The notes below the pieces were generated by a model, which was given only the letters and a program-made list of their open reading frames with translations, had not been told where the DNA came from and did not search any database. This document shows, one piece after another, positions 29,930 to 39,752 of a stretch of 64,000 nucleotides of DNA. The position numbers and the translations under genes were made by a program. This DNA is from Candidatus Dormiibacterota bacterium. Its GTDB lineage: Bacteria > Chloroflexota > Dormibacteria > Aeolococcales > Aeolococcaceae. The DNA lies in contig CAVPXI010000014.1 of assembly GCA_963709585.1 (NCBI GenBank), forward strand, positions 32,001-96,000, given 5' to 3'. How positions within the stretch are numbered: the stretch's first letter is position 1; every line of letters starts with the position of its first letter.

Positions 29930-30403
29930 TTACTCCGAGGCGATAACCGCAGCGTGAATCAGCTTCGTCAATTCATGCACTTCGCGAGTGAGCGTCGTGT
30001 TCAAGTCGACCATCCCCGTGAGCCTTAGCTCGACGTCCCTGATCTGTCGCTCCTGGGCCTCGAGATTCGCAAGCGTCGCTTCGAGGTTCCGCTCGGATCG
30101 ATTAGTTGAGGCCCCAACCAGGAAGCCGATATAGAGTTCCGCGACCGTGGTGACAAGGTTGAGTGGAAAGTTGAAGCCAGTTGACGTGAACCAGGCGGGA
30201 AGCCAAGTTCCACTGGCAATCTTCGCTCCACCAACTGCGAACAGCAGTGTCCAGCCGACCACGAGGACGATCCAGATGGCGATATTGGTGGGCGTCCCCA
30301 TCCCGTAGCTGACCTTGTCGGCAACCCGTTGGAACAGTGAAATTCGCTCAGGTGGCGTAGCGGGGGTTTCCCCGCGGGGCTTGAGGACCGTGCTCTTAGG
30401 CAT
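29930..30403 (-). CDS. DUF1003-like membrane protein
   Basis: FQRVADKV, two TM helices, FPLNL, coiled-coil tail. Confidence 0.65.
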   Translation of the reverse strand: MPKSTVLKPRGETPATPPERISLFQRVADKVSYGMGTPTNIAIWIVLVVGWTLLFAVGGAKIASGTWLPAWFTSTGFNFPLNLVTTVAELYIGFLVGASTNRSERNLEATLANLEAQERQIRDVELRLTGMVDLNTTLTREVHELTKLIHAAVIASE

Positions 30404-31022
30404 GTCATCTCCTTGTGCTCATAGGTCTGCATGGCTCTTCCTTAGCCACGCAGACCCGGAAACCGCAGGATGGCAGAGCAGGTAACAAGATCGGACCCGG
30501 AATCATTGCCCCCGGAGTTATGCCTGCAGGCAGCCTCCGACCAGCCTTTGCCATCGAGCGCTAGCCATCCGCGACGGTGAGCGCGATCGCTATGTGGTCG
30601 GTCCCATGGCGCGAGGATCTGTGAGATCGGAGTTGCCTTCGTGGCCTGGCGAAATCGTCGGCAACGCGTACGGTAGCGGGGCCGAACGCCTCGACGTGGC
30701 GGGGCGATTTGGACGGCGGTCGTCGAGGCGACCCGATTGCTTGACTTGGCAACCGTGCGGGCGTAGCGTCGTCGGCGACAGAGGCCGACCTCGGAGTCTG
30801 ACCGAGCTGGCGCGGTGCGAGCTGAATGGCGACCGGGCGATCGACCTCGCGAGGTGGCGGGATGGTCGGCATGCTCGCATCCCGGAGGGGGGACGGCACG
30901 GTCGCGTCCGTGCACCGCCCCTGGATCCCGAACGGACGTCGTTCGTGAGGAATAGCGTCCGTCTGGCCGGTGACGAACTCAAGTGTCGCTGTATCTATTT
31001 CTGGCAATCGCGAGTATGAGGA

Positions 31023-32274
31023 GTGGACATGTCTGTCGAAGCACGAACCACGGGTGTCGGTCGAGTCACAATCGATAGCGACGACGCCGAGGAAGTCAGG
31101 CCATTTCACATCGAGGTGTCCAACGAGGACCTCGCTGATCTTCGTCGGCGCATCGCGGCAACGCGGTGGCCCGATCGCGAGACCGTCACGGACGACTCAC
31201 AGGGTGTACGGCTGGAGGTGATGCAAGACCTCGCCCGTTACTGGGCAACGGATTACGACTGGCGCAAGTGTGAGGCGAGACTCACTGCACTTCCCCATTT
31301 CGTCACAACGATCGACGGGCTCGACATCCATTTCATTCATGTCCGATCCCAGCGCGAGGACGCGCTGCCGCTGATAGTGACGCACGGATGGCCCGGCTCG
31401 ATCATCGAGCAGATGAAGATCATCGAGCCGCTCACCAATCCCACTTCGCATGGCGCTAGCGCCGAGGATGCGTTCCATCTGGTGATCCCGTCGCTCCCGG
31501 GCTACGGGTTCTCCGGCAAGCCGACGACGACCGGGTGGGATCCCGCCCGCACCGCGCGTGCCTGGGTCGTTCTCATGAAGCGTCTCGGCTACGACAAGTT
31601 CGTTGCCCAAGGCGGCGACTGGGGTGCGGCGGTCACCCAGGCCATGGGTGAGCAGGCCGCTCCGGAGCTGCTCGGGATCCACTCCAACATGCCCGGTACC
31701 GCCCCACTCGACATTGTGCCGGGATTCGAGCGCGGCGACCCGCCGCCGTCAGGTCTCTCGGCCGAAGAGACACGCGCGTACGAGCAGTTGCGCACTTTCT
31801 ATACGAAGCACGTCGCCTACGCACAGATCATGGCAACGCGCCCGCAAACGTTGTACGGGCTGGCGGACTCCCCTGCCGATCTCGCATCGTTCATTCTCGA
31901 CCATGGGGACGGCACCGGACAGCCCGGGCTCGTGGAGAAAGTCCTTCAGGGACAACCCGTTGGCGATCTCACTCGGGACGACATCCTCGACAACATCACC
32001 CTCTATTGGCTGACGAACACGGGGATATCCTCGGCTCGAACTCTATTGGGAGAACAAGGCCGACTTCTTCAACGCAAAAAACATCACCATCCCGTTTGCG
32101 ATCAGCGTCTTCCCCGATGAGCTCTACGCGGCGCCGCGGAGTTGGGCCGAGCGTGCGTATCCCAAGAACCTCATTCACTTCAAGGAGCTCGACCGAGGCG
32201 GTCACTTCGCTGCATGGGAGCAGCCACAACTGTTCTGCGAGGAGATGCGCGAGTTGTTCCGGTCGCTGCGCTGA
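31023..32274 (+). CDS. Epoxide hydrolase (frameshift near 32040)
   Basis: HGWPGS, QGGDWG; C-terminal [10 protein letters not shown] in the next frame. Confidence 0.9.
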
Positions 32275-32574
32275 TGGAAGTTCAGTAATCACATTGGGAT
32301 AGCGATCTCCCTGCCCAACACGATCGTGAGGGCCCCATGAGTTCGGGTGGCTGGGACGGATTTCCACGACGCCGGTGCATCCGTCACCACCCCTCGGGGC
32401 GCAATGGTCCTAAAACCTCGTCTTCGCTGCCGTCGCAATCGTCATCACCTTGTTTGGCGCAGCGGTGATCTTCGATGCGCCACTGTCCTTTGACATTCCG
32501 TTCTTCATCCTCTCCCTCGTACTCGCCATCGCCGAGATCTTCTCGCTAGGCTTGGTACTCGTCGCTCTGGTTCG

Positions 32575-32935
32575 CACGCGGGCGGAAGGTGTCTTCACTT
32601 GCGTCGACGTCTCACCCGCGTCCGAGACATTCGAGAACTTCCGGGGGTCCGTGGCGCACACCTTGTGATTGGACGTAGAGCGGGTCTCCGTGTTCGGGTT
32701 TCTGCGTGTAGCGGACGTCTCCGAGCGTGGTGCCGTCCGGAAGAATGATCTGCCAATCGGCGCTGGCCGCGGGAAGCAGTGTCCCGCGCAGTTCCGGTCC
32801 GCTGAATGTCCCGCCGGTCAGTGGAACGATGCGCCGCTGACCGGCGGAGATCTGGCCGACGTCTTGGGGGTCGCCAACGGTCGCTTCCAACCGGTAGACG
32901 AGGTCCACGCGAGGATCAGGACGACGACTGTTCAC
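32575..32935 (-). pseudogene. DUF3237 family protein, frameshifted and truncated
   Basis: RRIVPLTGGTFSGP...ADWQ; homology continues out of frame as DVDASEDTFR, then stops. Confidence 0.7.
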
Positions 32936-33061
32936 GGCCTCACTCCTGATTTGGTCGCGGTCGCTTTCAAGATTTGAGCGGCGATGCCAGCGGCCAGCGT
33001 GGTCAGGGCGGTCTGAGCGAAGGCCCGACCTAAGAGGCGGCTCGCCCGGGTCGGCAATGCG

Positions 33062-33697
33062 TCAGGCCCCTGCGATCAGCGACCGCGCTTCTGCCGGGCC
33101 GACTACGAGATCGTGAAGGTCCCCGCCCACCTCTAGTCGGCTCGACTGCTTGATCCCGCCGAGCTTCATCGGCTCGAAGCCGGCCGTCCGGATCAACCGC
33201 TCGACCACGTCGCTCCCACGGTCGTCGTCGGTTACGTAGAACAGAACGGCGGGTTCGGATGATCGGTTGCTCGAGGACTCGAAGAGATCGGCCGACATGG
33301 TGCCAAACGCCATGGCCAACCGTGCCCCGCTCGGCAACCACCCGGCGATCGTCTCGCCAGATGATTGCCCTTGTGGTAGGAGCCGCACAACCTTCCCTTG
33401 CGCGTCGAGGCCGACCGGGTTGCTCGGAGCGATGAGGGACTTGTCGCCCAGCGCGTCGGCGATCTCGTCGATGACGTCCTTCAGCACGGAGAACCGCAGC
33501 GCGAGGATGACAGCGTCGGCTCCCTGCAGCGCGCTCCGGTTGTCGACCGCCACGACAGCAGTCTCGCCGATCTCCTCAGCGAGCCTTCGTGCCGACTCGT
33601 TGTCGGCGCTGGAGAGCTGCAGGGCCTCCCCACCGGAGGCGAGCTGACGGGCGATGGCCGATCCGATCCCTCCGGTGCCGACGATGGCGGTGGTCAT
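33062..33697 (-). CDS. NADP oxidoreductase (NADPH-dependent F420 reductase-like)
   Basis: MTTAIVGTGGIG, SNP, AFGT, DD..AGFEP. Confidence 0.85.
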   Translation of the reverse strand: MTTAIVGTGGIGSAIARQLASGGEALQLSSADNESARRLAEEIGETAVVAVDNRSALQGADAVILALRFSVLKDVIDEIADALGDKSLIAPSNPVGLDAQGKVVRLLPQGQSSGETIAGWLPSGARLAMAFGTMSADLFESSSNRSSEPAVLFYVTDDDRGSDVVERLIRTAGFEPMKLGGIKQSSRLEVGGDLHDLVVGPAEARSLIAGA

Positions 33698-33871
33698 GAT
33701 CGAAACCTCCTCAGCGTCACCGCGCTGACGACAGGGGCTTGGGACCACGGCGGTCCATCAGGCTCACGGGGTCTCTGTGAGGGCTGGGGAACGGCGGAAG
33801 ATGCTGTCCGGACGATGGTCCTTGGCGTGCCGAAGTGCCATCCGGCTCCGACTCAAGCAGGGAACTCACCC

Positions 33872-34336
33872 TTACTCCTCGACGGACGGGCTTGATGGCC
33901 AGTGCGGGGGCACCCAGTCCCCCCTTGGGTCGATGGTTTGGCCCACTTCGATCAGATGACCGTCGGGATCGCGGATGTAGCAACGGATTTCGTATTGGTG
34001 CTGTTTCGGCGGCGTCAGGAATTGAGCACCCCGGGCGCTCCATTCGGCATACACGGACTTGATGTCTTTGACTCGAATGTTGAGGAAGCTGCTGACCCGG
34101 TCGGGTTCGGCAGGCGTCTCCAGGGTGACCGCAGGCTTGTCGTCGGTTGGGCCTCCGCCGACGTTGATGATGATCCAGCTGTTGGCTAGGGCGACATAGG
34201 TCAGCCCTCCGGGGCCGGAGAAGGCCAGTGCGCCTCCGAGCACTTCGGTGTAGAAGCGCCGGGAGCGCTCGACATCGTCGGAGACGATGAAGTGGGCCAG
34301 CACGATGCCCTCTGGGGGCGGCGGGAGCTCGGTCAT
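33872..34336 (-). CDS. VOC family protein
   Basis: HFIVSDDVERSRRFY...IRDPDGHLIEVGQ. Confidence 0.9.
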   Translation of the reverse strand: MTELPPPPEGIVLAHFIVSDDVERSRRFYTEVLGGALAFSGPGGLTYVALANSWIIINVGGGPTDDKPAVTLETPAEPDRVSSFLNIRVKDIKSVYAEWSARGAQFLTPPKQHQYEIRCYIRDPDGHLIEVGQTIDPRGDWVPPHWPSSPSVEE

Positions 34337-34339
34337 CTT

Positions 34340-34731
34340 CTACCTCCACTGGTTGGGTTTAGGGTCGAGTTGCGCTCCGGGCGCTCGTGAATGGAACACC
34401 CCACTGACCGTGCCTCGCCGGCTGACAAGTTCGTCGCGCCCGGCTTCGATGTCAGACACGAGCAGGTACAGGCAATGGGCCGATCCGGGTGACGCCCTCG
34501 TGATGTGGGTGCCGAACTGCACAGAACACTGCGATCCAGGTGGCGTGAATTGCATGACCCGGAAGCCGTTGTCGAAGGAGAAGTCGGCGTCAACCTCCAG
34601 CCGAAGCCGGCGTAGAACGCCTTGGAGCGATCGGGCGTCGGCCAGGGGATAACGACCGCCTCCAGCTTGAGATCGGTCGGCTCGCTGCTCGGCGACCCGC
34701 CGGGTGCGCTCTGTCCAACGAGGGTGCTCAT
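34340..34731 (-). pseudogene. VOC family paralogue, frameshifted and C-terminally truncated
   Basis: LKLEAVVIP..KAFY..GWRL / FRVMQFTPPGS..LYLLVSDIEA in different frames; DPDGN motif absent. Confidence 0.7.
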
Positions 34732-34945
34732 CCCGCCGTCCTCTGTCTGGTCCCGAAAGGATTGTCGCACCCAGGCGAATGCCTTGCACCTGAAACATCC
34801 CTCGCGCTCGGGGTTCGACGTCGTTTCAGCGCACGGGGGTCGAATGGCGATGCACTGCACGTCTCAACTTTTCCGCCCGGACCGCGAGCAGTTCGAGTTT
34901 CCTATGGTCGAGAACCCGAGCGGAGGGGCGCCTCGACACCCATGG

Positions 34946-35560
34946 TCAACGTTTGATGCCGATGCTCTTGCCTTCGGTGTATCGGATCGGCTCCTCCAGT
35001 GTGTCGACGAGGAATTGATCCCGGTCTCCGCGTTCCCATGCCTCCCTCAACCCCGGAGCCGCCAAGTCGAAGTCGGGGCGAATTTTCTTGAACACACCCC
35101 TCAGATCTACGTGGAGCTCTGCCATCGTGGGCCGGCCCCAGTACCAGTATCCGTTGTAGATCTTGAAGATTTTGAGTCCGGGCTCGAGGACGAACGTGTG
35201 GGGGATCATCGGATCGTGCGGCTCATCCGTGAACTCTTTGATGGCCAGATCCTTCTGGACGACCCGATCGGGGTCCGACAAGAACGGCCACGTGGCGCCC
35301 AGCGCGTCCCGGAACTCATTGATGTTCAGCTGAGTGTCGGTCGAGATGAGGGCCAATCGCGTGTAAGCATTCCTGAACTCGGGATATACGCTGACCAATT
35401 GCCGCACGAACTGATGCTCTTTGGGATCGAAGCCGCCACGGGACAGATGGAGCACCATTGGGTTGCCCCCCTGGAGCTCCGACAGGGATCGCCGCCGGCC
35501 GGATTGATCGGCGAGCTCGTAGTCGGGAAACGTCTCACCTTCACGGATGTCGCTGCGCAT
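34946..35560 (-). CDS. Redoxin (AhpC/TSA-like) protein, active-site Cys replaced by Asp
   Basis: FPDYEL, RGGFDPKEH, FLSDP, YNGYWYWGRP. Confidence 0.85.
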   Translation of the reverse strand: MRSDIREGETFPDYELADQSGRRRSLSELQGGNPMVLHLSRGGFDPKEHQFVRQLVSVYPEFRNAYTRLALISTDTQLNINEFRDALGATWPFLSDPDRVVQKDLAIKEFTDEPHDPMIPHTFVLEPGLKIFKIYNGYWYWGRPTMAELHVDLRGVFKKIRPDFDLAAPGLREAWERGDRDQFLVDTLEEPIRYTEGKSIGIKR

Positions 35561-35728
35561 GTGGCCTCCAAACTTCAAACGATCTGGTGCAAAGATCTCA
35601 CGCGAGCCCAGCCGATGTTGAGTCGGTTGCGCCTGTCCCTCGCTCTTACTGGACTGCGATGAGTCCGCTCTTTTAGTCGTCTTTGTTGATGCCCAAGGTC
35701 GCTGCAATCCCCAGTCGACGCGCAACTC

Positions 35729-36553
35729 TCAAACGGGCGGTTCGATGTCGTCGTAGATTCGGGCGGCCGCCAGCAAACCGTCCGGACCTCGCTCATAGAC
35801 GCTAATTCCAGCTTGCGGTGTCAGGTCATGACTGCCCCATCGAACACAGTTGAATTCCAGGGCGCAACGTACGCCGTCGTCGGTCACGGTGCACTGCTCG
35901 AGTTTGAGCCCACCACCTGCCTTGAAGCACTCGGCGAAATACGAACGCAGCTCACTCGTGCCATGGTGTAGATAGTGCGGACCGATCAACTCGCGGAAGT
36001 ACCCATCTGGGGCGAACGCGCTCACGATGGAGTCGAGATCTCCGGCGCTTAGCGCGGCTAGATATCGGCCCACAACGCCACTCAGCTGGGTGTTTGCCGG
36101 CTTGAGCAGGGGGCGCCTGATGTGACGCTGTCCGTCGACCGGCCATTGGCTGCAATAGGTGCGGAACACGACCGCCAGTTCATCAGCGGACTCTGCAACG
36201 ACGGCTATCGGCCAATCCACCGGCTGACCTGCGTAGTCGTCCAGGTGCGCTAGCAGCTCCACGACGGCCCGCCCGCCAATACAGATGGTGGCTACGGTTT
36301 CGATGCGGACGTGGCGCTCAGCCCACAACAATTGATTGTTGCGGACAAACCGTCGAAGCTGTCGATGACCGCGCACTTCCCCCTCCCGGGGGTCGTAAAT
36401 CGCCACTTGGCCGGGCCATATTTCTTCTAGCTCGTGAGCGCGCCCGGTCTCGAGGGCGTTGAAGTACTGCTGGACGGGATCAGCAAGGCCCTCGGACCGT
36501 CTCTGGCGGCGGGCGAGTTCAACGGCACTAACGAAGTCTGGAAACCATGGCAT
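35729..36553 (-). CDS. Tandem SnoaL/NTF2-like protein
   Basis: Two NTF2-like repeats; ends AARIYDD. Confidence 0.8.
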   Translation of the reverse strand: MPWFPDFVSAVELARRQRRSEGLADPVQQYFNALETGRAHELEEIWPGQVAIYDPREGEVRGHRQLRRFVRNNQLLWAERHVRIETVATICIGGRAVVELLAHLDDYAGQPVDWPIAVVAESADELAVVFRTYCSQWPVDGQRHIRRPLLKPANTQLSGVVGRYLAALSAGDLDSIVSAFAPDGYFRELIGPHYLHHGTSELRSYFAECFKAGGGLKLEQCTVTDDGVRCALEFNCVRWGSHDLTPQAGISVYERGPDGLLAAARIYDDIEPPV

Positions 36554-36616
36554 TTTGCCGTCCAGGGTACCGTCTCTTCTGGCAGAGCGATGGGACGGTC
36601 AACCCGCCGGCGTGGC

Positions 36617-37567
36617 TTACAAACGCGAGACGAGGTCAGCCACGATCTCCGCCGCTGGTCGTAGCTGCCTGGCGAGCGCGACGCTCTGTCCGGCCCACAT
36701 GGAGAGCGCTTCAATGTCACCGGTGGTGCCAACCATCGGGGGCGCTGGCTCGTAGCGGACGATTGCTTCGCCCGAAGCGAAGTGCGCGATGACATCACCC
36801 GCTCCGGGCCGACTCTCCAGAGGCGGGCGGCCCGCGGCCTCCCAGATCTCGGCCGTCGAGTTTCGGAGCGCGCGATGGGGCGAGTCCGGCCAATCGACGT
36901 CATAGAGGTCGGGGTACCACTCCGCGTCGGTCTCGACGGCGTTGATCAGGCGAGTGCGGTAGTCCTGGTGAATGGGCATCTCGTGGGCAAGCAGAAACTG
37001 GGTACCCACCCACGCCGCCTGAGCGCCTAAGGCGAGGACAGCGGCCACACCGCGAGCGTCCCCGATCCCACCGGCCGCGATCACCGGCACCGGCGCCACC
37101 GCGTCCACGACGGCGGGCACCAACGGGAGCGTCGCAATCTGACTCCCCACGTGCCCCCCAGCCTCCCAACCCTGCGCCACGATGACATCAGCTCCGCGGG
37201 CGACCGCTCGCCGCGCCTCTCGGGCGCTTCCGACCGTACACAGAACAAGTCCGCCGGCATCGTGGACCCGCTCGATGTAGCCAGCGGGATCTCCCAGAAA
37301 CAGTGACACGATCCGCAAACCGGCCTCCAGGGCTTGATCGAGGCGACGGTGCTGATCGGAGGTGAGAACAAGGTTGCCGCAGAAGGGACGATCGGTGAGC
37401 GCCGCCGTCTCGCGAACCACGTCTCCTGCCGGGTCGGACCACGTGAGCGTCACCATGCCGAGCCCGCCGGCATTCGAGACCGCTGCCGCCAGTTCGGGCA
37501 CCGCCACCATCGCCGCCAAGACAATCGGTTGTTCAATCCCGAGCAGTTCGCAGACCGGCGTCCGCAT
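36617..37567 (-). CDS. Nitronate monooxygenase family protein
   Basis: AVSNAGGLG, QGWEAGGH, AAGGIGDARG, AGQSV. Confidence 0.9.
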   Translation of the reverse strand: MRTPVCELLGIEQPIVLAAMVAVPELAAAVSNAGGLGMVTLTWSDPAGDVVRETAALTDRPFCGNLVLTSDQHRRLDQALEAGLRIVSLFLGDPAGYIERVHDAGGLVLCTVGSAREARRAVARGADVIVAQGWEAGGHVGSQIATLPLVPAVVDAVAPVPVIAAGGIGDARGVAAVLALGAQAAWVGTQFLLAHEMPIHQDYRTRLINAVETDAEWYPDLYDVDWPDSPHRALRNSTAEIWEAAGRPPLESRPGAGDVIAHFASGEAIVRYEPAPPMVGTTGDIEALSMWAGQSVALARQLRPAAEIVADLVSRL

Positions 37568-37628
37568 TACTGCCCCCTACCCTTTCGATCCAGGCCGTCC
37601 TCCATGCGAACGGACAGATCCATGTCTT

Positions 37629-38231
37629 CTAGGACACGTACGATGTGGGCATCGACTTAGCGGCGCGTTTGTTCCAACCGTGGAAGCTCGAGTAGTCGCC
37701 TTCGTCCCAGGCCCCGCGCAATCCCGGTTTGCTCAGGTCCCAGTCGGGGCGGAACTCACTCGACGCAGCGCACAAGTCGGACCACAAGTCGTAAAACGAC
37801 GGGCGTCCCCAGAACCAGTAGCCGTTGTAGATGGAGTGGATAAGGAGTCCAGGCTTGAGGACGAGCGTGTGGGGAATCATCGGATCGTGCTCGGGGTCGG
37901 TGTATTCCTGGATGTCGAGGTCCTTTTGGATCGTCCGAGCTGGGTCCGAGAGAAAGGTCCATTGGGCACCCACTGAAGCACGGAACTCCTGCAGGGTGTG
38001 GTGGTCATCGGTGGCGATGGTGACGACCTGGGTATAGGCAACGGCGATTTTCGAATAGTTCGCTGCGAGCTCCAGGTGCTGCTGGTGTTCCTTCGGACAG
38101 TAATTGCCTCGCGCCAGCGTGAGGATCATCGGATCGTCACCTTGGAGTTCACTGAGTGTGCGAACGATGTTGGTGTGATCGGGCAACGAGTAGTCGGGGA
38201 ACACGCCGCCTGGTCTTATGTCGGATCGCAT
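37629..38231 (-). CDS. Redoxin (AhpC/TSA-like) protein
   Basis: RGNYCPKEH, FLSDP, YNGYWFWGRP. Confidence 0.85.
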   Translation of the reverse strand: MRSDIRPGGVFPDYSLPDHTNIVRTLSELQGDDPMILTLARGNYCPKEHQQHLELAANYSKIAVAYTQVVTIATDDHHTLQEFRASVGAQWTFLSDPARTIQKDLDIQEYTDPEHDPMIPHTLVLKPGLLIHSIYNGYWFWGRPSFYDLWSDLCAASSEFRPDWDLSKPGLRGAWDEGDYSSFHGWNKRAAKSMPTSYVS

Positions 38232-38540
38232 GGATGACCCTCTTTCACTCGACCGATGCCTGCCGGGAATCTCAGTGTCGGTTGGGTTGGTCGCCGGGTG
38301 GCGCATCTCGCCGGGAGACCACCCGCCCTGCCACCGGCGTGGCAACTCCAAAGATTGCGCCACCCGACATGAGATGTCCATAGGGGATCAGAAGACCGCC
38401 GTCGCGAGGTGCGATTCGGGGGTCCGCAACGAGAACGGCTGCTCCAGAAGGGCTGCGGCGTTAGCGATAGATCCCGTCGCGTCGCCCGCTGTCTCAATCG
38501 CGTACTTGTGCAGGCCACGGGTGGCTGTCCACGGGCTTGG

Positions 38541-39302
38541 TCAGCCCCCGGCTGCGCGGCCCCCGTCGATACGGAGCGTCGCACCAGTGACGAACTTGGC
38601 GCGTTCGAGGTAGAGAACCCCGTCGACCACGTCGCTGACCTCGCCCACTCGTCCCAGGGGATGTCGTTTAGCCAGCTCATGGTACGAAGCCGGGTCGTGA
38701 AGTGGGGTCTCGATGATGCCGAGCGCCACCGCATTGACTCGGACGCCCCGTCCGGCGTACTCGGTGGCCAGAGAGCGTGTCACCGCCTCCAGCCCGCCCT
38801 TGGTCAGGGAGGAAAGGGCCGATGGTTCCCTTGCGTCCGCGTGCTCCACGAGGCTGGTACTGACGTTGACGACGTGGCCTCCACCCTGGGAGACCATCTG
38901 CGCGATGGCGCGCTGGGTCATGTGGAAGAACCCGGTGAGGTTGACCGACGTGATCGCCATGTAATCGTCGAGCGTGTAATCGGTGAACGCCTTCCCGATG
39001 TAGATACCTGCGTTGTTGATCAGCGTATCGATCCGACCGAACCGATCGAGCCCCTGCCGGACCACAAGTTCGGCGGTCTCGGCATGCGCGATGTCTCCGG
39101 GTATCATCAGCACATCCGGTGTCGCGGACGGCTCGACGGAAAGCGCCGTACCCACTACGGCATAACCCGCCGCGGTGAAAGCGGCAGCGATGCCTGCACC
39201 GATCCCTTTCGACGCCCCGGTGACGATCGCCACCTTCTTCTCCGCTCGTGACGCACCATGCTCCGGCTCTGACGCCGGCGTTGCGCTTACGGAAGATGTC
39301 AT
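38541..39302 (-). CDS. SDR family oxidoreductase
   Basis: TGASKGIG, NNAG, RVNAV, FVTG..IDGG. Confidence 0.9.
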   Translation of the reverse strand: MTSSVSATPASEPEHGASRAEKKVAIVTGASKGIGAGIAAAFTAAGYAVVGTALSVEPSATPDVLMIPGDIAHAETAELVVRQGLDRFGRIDTLINNAGIYIGKAFTDYTLDDYMAITSVNLTGFFHMTQRAIAQMVSQGGGHVVNVSTSLVEHADAREPSALSSLTKGGLEAVTRSLATEYAGRGVRVNAVALGIIETPLHDPASYHELAKRHPLGRVGEVSDVVDGVLYLERAKFVTGATLRIDGGRAAGG

Positions 39303-39628
39303 CGACGCTCTCCTTCACTCCTTGGGACCTGGCCGGGTCGCCGCCCTCAGACGTATAGGAGCTTGACACTCGGGTGCGCGCGTGTGCGTAGTGGCCATTC
39401 GCGGCAGGGTTTTGCGGTCAGCCGAGCCGTACGGACCACCCGACCTCACCTGGCGGTCTACCTCAGCGGTTATCGTCCGCCGAGAGTCGCGCGACTTATA
39501 GTGGTTTTGCAGGAAAGAACATCAATCAGGGAATGAGTACTAGTCCCTGCAAAGTGACTGATCCCCGCAGGTTGGAATCGGCTGCAACTGAGTGGACATG
39601 GCTTCACTGCAGTGGAAGGGGCTGCGAA

Positions 39629-39702
39629 TCGGGGAGACAGGACTCGAACCTGCGACCCCTGGTCCCCCAGACCAGTACTCTAACCATCTGAGCTACTCCC
39701 CG
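39629..39702 (-). tRNA. tRNA-Pro(GGG)
   Basis: CGGGGAGTAGCTCAGATGGTTAGAGTACTGGTCTGGGGGACCAGGGGTCGCAGGTTCGAGTCCTGTCTCCCCGA; full cloverleaf; anticodon loop CT-GGG-GG; CCA not encoded. Confidence 0.97.
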
Positions 39703-39752
39703 AGGCGCGCTCAGCGACTCTAGCGCGCCAGGCCCACGCGGCAGAAAATGCC

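Larger units (their letters stand above)
18391..39676. mobile_element. Tandem array of genomic islands at tRNA-Pro(GGG); units ~18440-20358, ~20407-24564, ~24613-39628
   Basis: Three direct copies of the tRNA 3' 48 bp, conserved arms and accessory cargo; no integrase seen. Confidence 0.8.
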
